From Candidatus Methylomirabilia bacterium (lineage in GTDB: Bacteria; Methylomirabilota; Methylomirabilia; Rokubacteriales; CSP1-6), in assembly GCA_041497895.1 (NCBI GenBank), contig JBGQHJ010000152.1:1-11700 (forward strand): a DNA stretch of 11,700 nt. Reading direction: 5' to 3'. Under the pieces are notes generated by a model. The model searched no databases, had not been told where the DNA came from, and saw nothing but the letters and a program-made list of their open reading frames with translations. This document shows positions 7,151 to 11,700 of the stretch, piece after piece. The number at the start of each line of letters is the position of its first letter. Position 1 is the first letter of the stretch. The position numbers and the translations under genes were made by a program.

Positions 7151-8691
7151 TGGAGCACCCACAGGCGGTTCAGGAGCGGGATGGTGGCGGTGTCCACCGG
7201 CCCCAGGGCCAGCGACGGCCACACCCCGAACAGCACGATCACCGCCACCAGGATCCACAGCGCGACCCACTCCGGCCCGCGCGCGTCGGGCAGGTGCTGG
7301 AAGTGCGGGTCGGTCGAGGCCGGGCCCCAGAAGATCTGCTTGGTGACGCGCAGCACGTAGACCGCGGTGAGATAGGCGCCGCCCACCGCGGGGAAGAGCC
7401 ACCACGCGTGCGACGACTGCCAGGCGCCCAGGAAGGTGAGGAACTCGGCCACGAAGCCCGCGGTGGCGGGCAGCCCCAGCGACGAGAGGCCGGCGATGGT
7501 GAACGCGGTCGCGATGCCGGGCATCATGCGGGCGAAGCCGCCCATCTTGAAGATCTCGCGCGAGTGGGCCTTCTCGTAGACGAGGCCGACGAGGGCGAAG
7601 AAGAGGCCGGTCATGATCCCGTGGGCGAACATCTGGTAGACCGAGCCGTTCAGCCCGACCTCGGTGAGGGTGGCCGCCCCCAGCATGACCACCCCCATGT
7701 GCGAGACCGACGAGTAGGCGATCACGTACTTGAGGTCGGTCTGGGCCATCGCGCTGAGCGCCCCGTAGACGATGTTGACGCACGCGATCGTTCCCACGAG
7801 CCACGACCACTGCAGCGTGCCGTCCGGCAGCAGGCCCATGCCGAGGCGCACCACCCCGTAGGCCCCGAGCTTCATCAGCACGCCCGCGTGGAGCATGGAC
7901 ACCGCGGTGGGCGCGGACGCGTGGCCGTCGGGCGACCAGGTGTGGAGCGGCCAGATGCCGGCCAGGATGCCGAAGCCCACGTAGAAGGCGAGGAAGACCC
8001 ACGACTGCAGCTTCGGGTCGAACTGGGTCAGCTCCATCTCGAGGAACGAGAAGGACGACGAGTCCCCCGCCACGTAGAGGGCCAGGATGCCGACCAGGAT
8101 GAAGGCCGACCCGAAGAGCAGGTACAGGGTCAGCTTCATCGCGGCGTATTCCTTGGTCCCGACTCCGGTGCGGCCGAAGGCCCAGCCGAAGACGCCCTGC
8201 GGCCGCACCTCGCCGGTCGAGCCCCAGATGCCGATCAGCAGGTACATCGGCAGCACCGCGATCTCGTAGAACAGGAAGAGCACGAAGAGGTCGAGCGAGA
8301 CGAAGACCCCGTACACCCCGGTGACCAGGAGGAGCAGGAGGGCGTAGAACTCCTGGCTGCGCACCTTCACCGTCCACGAGGCCCACGCCCCCGCGAAGAT
8401 GATGATCGACGTGAGCAGGACCATCAGCAGGCTGAGCCCGTCGATCCCGAGCTGGTAGTTGATGCCGAGCGCGGGCACGAGCGGCACGTCCTCGAAGAAC
8501 TGGAAGCCCGCCGCCTCGCGATCGTAGGCCACGTAGACCGCGATCGAGAGCACCAGGGGCACCGCGGTCGCGGCCACCGCCAGGCCCCGCACGAGCAGGG
8601 CGCTGCGCCGGGCCAGGAACATGATCAGCAGCGCGCCCACGAAGGGCGACCAGGTGATGATCGAGAGCACCGGCAGCGAGGAGAGGGTCAT
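7147..8691 (-). CDS. nuoM: NADH-quinone oxidoreductase subunit M (atypical TM7)
   Basis: 514 aa. Motifs LGIDGLS, FYEIAVLPMY, PLHTWSPDGHASAPT, MKLGAYG, AQTDLKYVIAYSSVSHMG, QMFAHG and GFVAEF. Located between nuoL and nuoN. Confidence 0.96.
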   Translation of the reverse strand: MTLSSLPVLSIITWSPFVGALLIMFLARRSALLVRGLAVAATAVPLVLSIAVYVAYDREAAGFQFFEDVPLVPALGINYQLGIDGLSLLMVLLTSIIIFAGAWASWTVKVRSQEFYALLLLLVTGVYGVFVSLDLFVLFLFYEIAVLPMYLLIGIWGSTGEVRPQGVFGWAFGRTGVGTKEYAAMKLTLYLLFGSAFILVGILALYVAGDSSSFSFLEMELTQFDPKLQSWVFLAFYVGFGILAGIWPLHTWSPDGHASAPTAVSMLHAGVLMKLGAYGVVRLGMGLLPDGTLQWSWLVGTIACVNIVYGALSAMAQTDLKYVIAYSSVSHMGVVMLGAATLTEVGLNGSVYQMFAHGIMTGLFFALVGLVYEKAHSREIFKMGGFARMMPGIATAFTIAGLSSLGLPATAGFVAEFLTFLGAWQSSHAWWLFPAVGGAYLTAVYVLRVTKQIFWGPASTDPHFQHLPDARGPEWVALWILVAVIVLFGVWPSLALGPVDTATIPLLNRLWVLQ

Positions 8692-8717
8692 CAGGCGCTC
8701 ACTGGGGGGGCGCTCAC
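8691..8717 (-). other. 8-codon mini-ORF bridging the nuoL stop and nuoM start, containing a 9-bp direct repeat and a C7 tract
   Basis: The minus strand reads GTG AGC GCC CCC CCA GTG AGC GCC TGA TG. The first GTG overlaps the nuoL TGA and the final TGA overlaps the nuoM ATG. Confidence 0.45.
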
Positions 8718-10603
8718 CGGGGCCACCGCATCCAGACCATGAGGAGGAGCACGCCGAGCGCGATGCCGTAGACGTAATCCTGGGCCTGGCCGGACTGGAT
8801 CCGCCGCAGCCGGTCGCCCAGGGTGAGCGTCCACGCGCTCAGCACGTTGAGGACACCGTCGACGATGTAGCGGTCCACCCAGCCCACGATCCGGGCCACG
8901 CCCAGGATGCCGCCGCGGTAGACCAGCGCGAAGAAGTCGTCGAGCCAGAAGCGCTCCATCGCGGCCTCGCCGACCAGGGCGAAGCGGCGGAAGAGCCACT
9001 CGGGGCTGATCCAGCCGAGCGCGTAGACGACCGCGGCGAGGACGATGCCGCTCACCGCCACGCCGACCGCGAGCGGGGTCAGCCAGCCCGGGGCCACGAA
9101 CTCCGCCTCCGGGTGCGAGAACACGAAGCCGACGCCGATGACGAGCGCGAGCAGGGCCAGGACCCAGAGCGCCAGCGTCATGACGGCGGGGGCGTCGTGG
9201 GCGTGGTCCAGATCCCGGCTTCCGTGGGGGCTTCCGTGGGCGCTCCCGTGGCCGGCGGATGCGGTCGCCCCGGCGGGCGCGCCCAGGAACGCGATGAAGA
9301 CGACGCGGAACATGTAGAAGGCGGTGAGGAAGGCGGCCGCCACCAGCATCGCGAACGGCACCGTGAGCCCACCCTCCCACGCCGCGCCCAGGATCTCCTC
9401 CTTGGAGAAGAAGCCCGCGAAGAACGGGATGCCGGCGAGCGAGAGGGTGCCGATCAGGAAGACCACGAAGGTCTGGGGCATGCGCCGCGCGAGCCCGCCC
9501 ATCGCGAAGATGTCGTTGGTGCCGACCGCGTGGATGACCGCGCCCGCGGCCAGGAAGAGCAGCGCCTTGAACACGCCGTGGGTCAGCAGGTGCAGGAAGC
9601 CCGCGCCCGCGAAGCCGGCGCCGATCGCGGCCATCATGTAGCCGAGCTGGGAGACGGTGGAGTAGGCGAGCACGCGCTTGATGTCGCGCTGCACGCAGGC
9701 CAGCGTGGCCGCGAGCAGGGCGGTGAAGGCTCCGATCCAGCCCACCGCGGCGAGCACCTCGGGCGCCTGCTCGAAGAGGAACGCGGTGCGGAAGAGCAGG
9801 TACACGCCGGCGGTCACCATGGTCGCGGCATGGATCAGGGCCGAGACCGGGGTCGGGCCTTCCATCGCGTCGGGCAGCCAGACGTGGAACGGGAACTGGG
9901 CCGACTTGCCGGCGGCGCCCAGATAGATGCAGAACATGACGAGGCCGAGGCCGGTGAGGGCCTCGCTGCCCCCCTGGGCCATCTCGAACAGCTCGGAGAA
10001 GTCGAAGGTGCCGGTGCGGCTCCACAGCATGACGATGCCGATGAGGAACCCCACGTCGCCGGCCTTGGTGACCCAGAAGGCCTTCACCGCCGCGCGCGCC
10101 GCCTCCGGCCGCGTGTACCAGTAGCCGATCAGGAGGTAGGAGCAGAGCCCCACCAGCTCCCAGCAGATGAAGAGCTGGACGAAGTTGGGAGCCAGCACCA
10201 GCCCCATCATCGAGAAGGCGAAGAGCGACTGGTACGCGTAGTACCGCCCGAGCGAGGCGGGAGGCTCGTCGGACAGGTAGCCGAGCGAGTAGACCTGCAC
10301 CAGGAAGGAGACCAGGGCCACCAGGATCAGCATCAGGGTGGAATCGGCATCGGCGAGCACGCCCACCGACGTCAGCACGCCGTCCTCCACCGGGATCCAC
10401 TCCCACAGGATGCGCCGGGCCATGTCCGGCACCGCGGAGCGCCAGGCGGAGACGGCGGCGGCCAGCGCCCCCGCCGAGAGCACGATCGAGAGCCACGCCG
10501 CCGGCTTGCCGGAGCGGCGCAGCGGCACGATCAGGCTCAGGAGCAGGAAGGAGACCGCCGGCGCCAGCCAGGCCCAGAGCGCGAAGTTGCCGGAAGCGGC
10601 CAT
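8714..10603 (-). CDS. nuoL: NADH-quinone oxidoreductase subunit L
   Basis: 629 aa. Motifs VYSLGYL, WELVGLCSYLLIGYW, GKSAQFPFHVWLPDAMEGPTPVSALIHAATMV, DIKRVLAYSTVSQLGYM, HGVFKALLFL and GFFSKEEI. The C-terminal transverse helix ends at QSGQAQDY. Confidence 0.97.
   Translation of the reverse strand: MAASGNFALWAWLAPAVSFLLLSLIVPLRRSGKPAAWLSIVLSAGALAAAVSAWRSAVPDMARRILWEWIPVEDGVLTSVGVLADADSTLMLILVALVSFLVQVYSLGYLSDEPPASLGRYYAYQSLFAFSMMGLVLAPNFVQLFICWELVGLCSYLLIGYWYTRPEAARAAVKAFWVTKAGDVGFLIGIVMLWSRTGTFDFSELFEMAQGGSEALTGLGLVMFCIYLGAAGKSAQFPFHVWLPDAMEGPTPVSALIHAATMVTAGVYLLFRTAFLFEQAPEVLAAVGWIGAFTALLAATLACVQRDIKRVLAYSTVSQLGYMMAAIGAGFAGAGFLHLLTHGVFKALLFLAAGAVIHAVGTNDIFAMGGLARRMPQTFVVFLIGTLSLAGIPFFAGFFSKEEILGAAWEGGLTVPFAMLVAAAFLTAFYMFRVVFIAFLGAPAGATASAGHGSAHGSPHGSRDLDHAHDAPAVMTLALWVLALLALVIGVGFVFSHPEAEFVAPGWLTPLAVGVAVSGIVLAAVVYALGWISPEWLFRRFALVGEAAMERFWLDDFFALVYRGGILGVARIVGWVDRYIVDGVLNVLSAWTLTLGDRLRRIQSGQAQDYVYGIALGVLLLMVWMRWPR
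9218..9253. repeat. Three imperfect 12-bp tandem repeats encoding GHGS-AHGS-PHGS in the NuoL His-rich loop
   Basis: gcttccgtgggg / gcttccgtgggc / gctcccgtggcc, in frame. Confidence 0.7.
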
Positions 10604-10611
10604 GGTGGGCG

Positions 10612-10911
10612 CTATCCCTTGAGGAGGTCCAGGTGGTCCGCCACCGCGGTGCGGCGGATGCGGTAGATGAGGATGACGAGGGCCAGGCCCAGCGCCACCT
10701 CCGCCACCGTGATGCAGATCGTGAACACGGTGAAGACCATCCCCGAGACGTCGCCCAGGAAGCGGGCGAAGGCCACCAGGTTGATGTTGACCGCGTTGAG
10801 CATCAGCTCGATGCCGAGGAGGATGCCGATCGTGTTCCGTCGCGTCATGACGCCGAAGAGCCCGATGCAGAACAGCATGGCCGCGAGCGTGAGGTAGGCC
10901 TGGAGCGTCAT
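10612..10911 (-). CDS. nuoK: NADH-quinone oxidoreductase subunit K
   Basis: 99 aa with three TM segments. RRN, IELMLNAVNIN and AEVALGLA keep both conserved glutamates. Ends in LKG. Confidence 0.96.
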   Translation of the reverse strand: MTLQAYLTLAAMLFCIGLFGVMTRRNTIGILLGIELMLNAVNINLVAFARFLGDVSGMVFTVFTICITVAEVALGLALVILIYRIRRTAVADHLDLLKG

Positions 10912-10914
10912 GGG

Positions 10915-11409
10915 CTAGTCGTCCGGCCGCGCGAAGTAGAGCGCGCCCACCAGGGCGGCCAGGAACAGCACCGCCAGGAGCTCGAAGGGCAGCACATAGG
11001 TGGTGAGCAGGCTCTGCCCGATCGCGCGGGTGAGGTCGCCCGAGACCGCGGGCCGCGGCACCGTGAGCGGCGACCGGCGGAAGATCGCCAGGATCGCCAC
11101 CAGCAGGGCCCCCGCGATGCCGAAGCCGGCCGCGAGCTGCCGGCTGGTCTGGGTGATGCGGTCGCCCACCAGCCGCTCCGTGACCACGATGGCGAAGACC
11201 ACGATGGTCACCACCCCGCCCGCGTAGAGCAGGAGCTGGATGGCGGCGAGGAACTCCGCGTCGAGGGACAGGAACACCCCGGCGGTCGCGGTGAGGGCCA
11301 GCGCCAGGTAGAGCACCGAGTGGAAGAGGGTCCGGGTCAGCACCACCGCGAGGCCCGAGGCCAGCAGCACCACCGCGAGCACCCAGAAGGCGATCGGCTC
11401 GAGGCTCAC
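10915..11409 (-). CDS. nuoJ: NADH-quinone oxidoreductase subunit J
   Basis: GTG start at 11409 overlaps the nuoI stop (GTGA), giving 164 aa. Motifs AEFLAAIQLLLYAGG, IGQSLLTTYVLPFE and ALVGALYFAR. Confidence 0.94.
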   Translation of the reverse strand: MSLEPIAFWVLAVVLLASGLAVVLTRTLFHSVLYLALALTATAGVFLSLDAEFLAAIQLLLYAGGVVTIVVFAIVVTERLVGDRITQTSRQLAAGFGIAGALLVAILAIFRRSPLTVPRPAVSGDLTRAIGQSLLTTYVLPFELLAVLFLAALVGALYFARPDD

Positions 11410-11700
11410 TCGGGGGCGCCTCCCGTTTTCGCAGCCTTGGGCGGCGTCTGCATGTCGCGCAGCAGGTTGCCGGTCGCCCACGAGGGCTCGAACCGCAGCC
11501 CGATCTGGTGCAGCCGGTCCTTGTCGAGCAGGAGCTCCCGCCGGTCCGCCGTCGGCATGTCGAACGACTTCATCATGATGATGGCGTCGGTGGGGCACAC
11601 CTGCACGCACAGCTCGCAGAACTCGCAGGCGTAGAGCTCGAGGGTGAAGGTCTTGGCGAAGTTGCGGCCTGGAGCCTTGAGCATCTCCACCTTGATGACC
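11406..11700 (-). CDS. nuoI: NADH-quinone oxidoreductase subunit I (2x[4Fe-4S]); 5' part outside the window
   Basis: Open frame VIKVEMLKAPGRNFAKTFTLELYACEFCELCVQVCPTDAIIM... carries a CxxCxxCxxxCP motif and lies directly upstream of nuoJ. Confidence 0.9.
   Translation of the reverse strand, partial: VIKVEMLKAPGRNFAKTFTLELYACEFCELCVQVCPTDAIIMMKSFDMPTADRRELLLDKDRLHQIGLRFEPSWATGNLLRDMQTPPKAAKTGGAPE

Noticed and set aside
5723..8386. Apparent 887-aa NuoN with a long N-terminal extension
   Set aside because: The extension is off-frame nuoM sequence. The real start is the GTG at 7150 overlapping the nuoM stop. The same artefact inflates the 1894-3492 and 10915-11610 ORFs.
7147..10603. Possible 2M-type complex I with a duplicated NuoM
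   Set aside because: Only one nuoM lies between nuoL and nuoN, and the NuoL transverse helix region looks of ordinary length.
5667..11634. Long alternative ORFs across the nuo genes (5667-6482, 6242-7360, 7294-8742, 8621-10666, 8691-10496, 10633-11634)
   Set aside because: They are shadow frames of nuoJ-N with no independent protein features.

Overview
Very GC-rich (roughly 70% by eye) bacterial chromosomal window. The gene content and the small-protein remnants suggest Candidatus Rokubacteria/Methylomirabilota, but this is inference only. The right part (5723-11700, minus strand) is the distal half of a complex I operon: nuoI (partial), J, K, L, M, N. Its NuoM lacks the TM7 lysine equivalent to E. 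coli K234, has a NuoL-like His in TM8 and a ~19-aa loop insertion, and is linked to nuoL by an 8-codon mini-ORF. The left part (1-5016, minus strand) is a tightly packed operon of at least five genes: a PurM/AIR-synthase-like enzyme (not HypE or SelD), a cytoplasmic YwrD/HpxW-type gamma-glutamyltransferase, an exported protein with tandem BamE/BLIP-like motifs, a D-glutamate cyclase (DUF4392) family protein and a HemL-like class III PLP aminotransferase (partial, missed by the ORF track). This is a candidate undescribed glutamyl/pyroglutamate-centred pathway. Between the two lies a ~700-bp lower-GC plus-strand islet. It holds divergent -10 boxes, frameshifted remnants of a small Trp/Cys-motif protein family and a 74-aa two-TM protein with a perfect Shine-Dalgarno. 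I found no RNA genes, CRISPR arrays or transposases.
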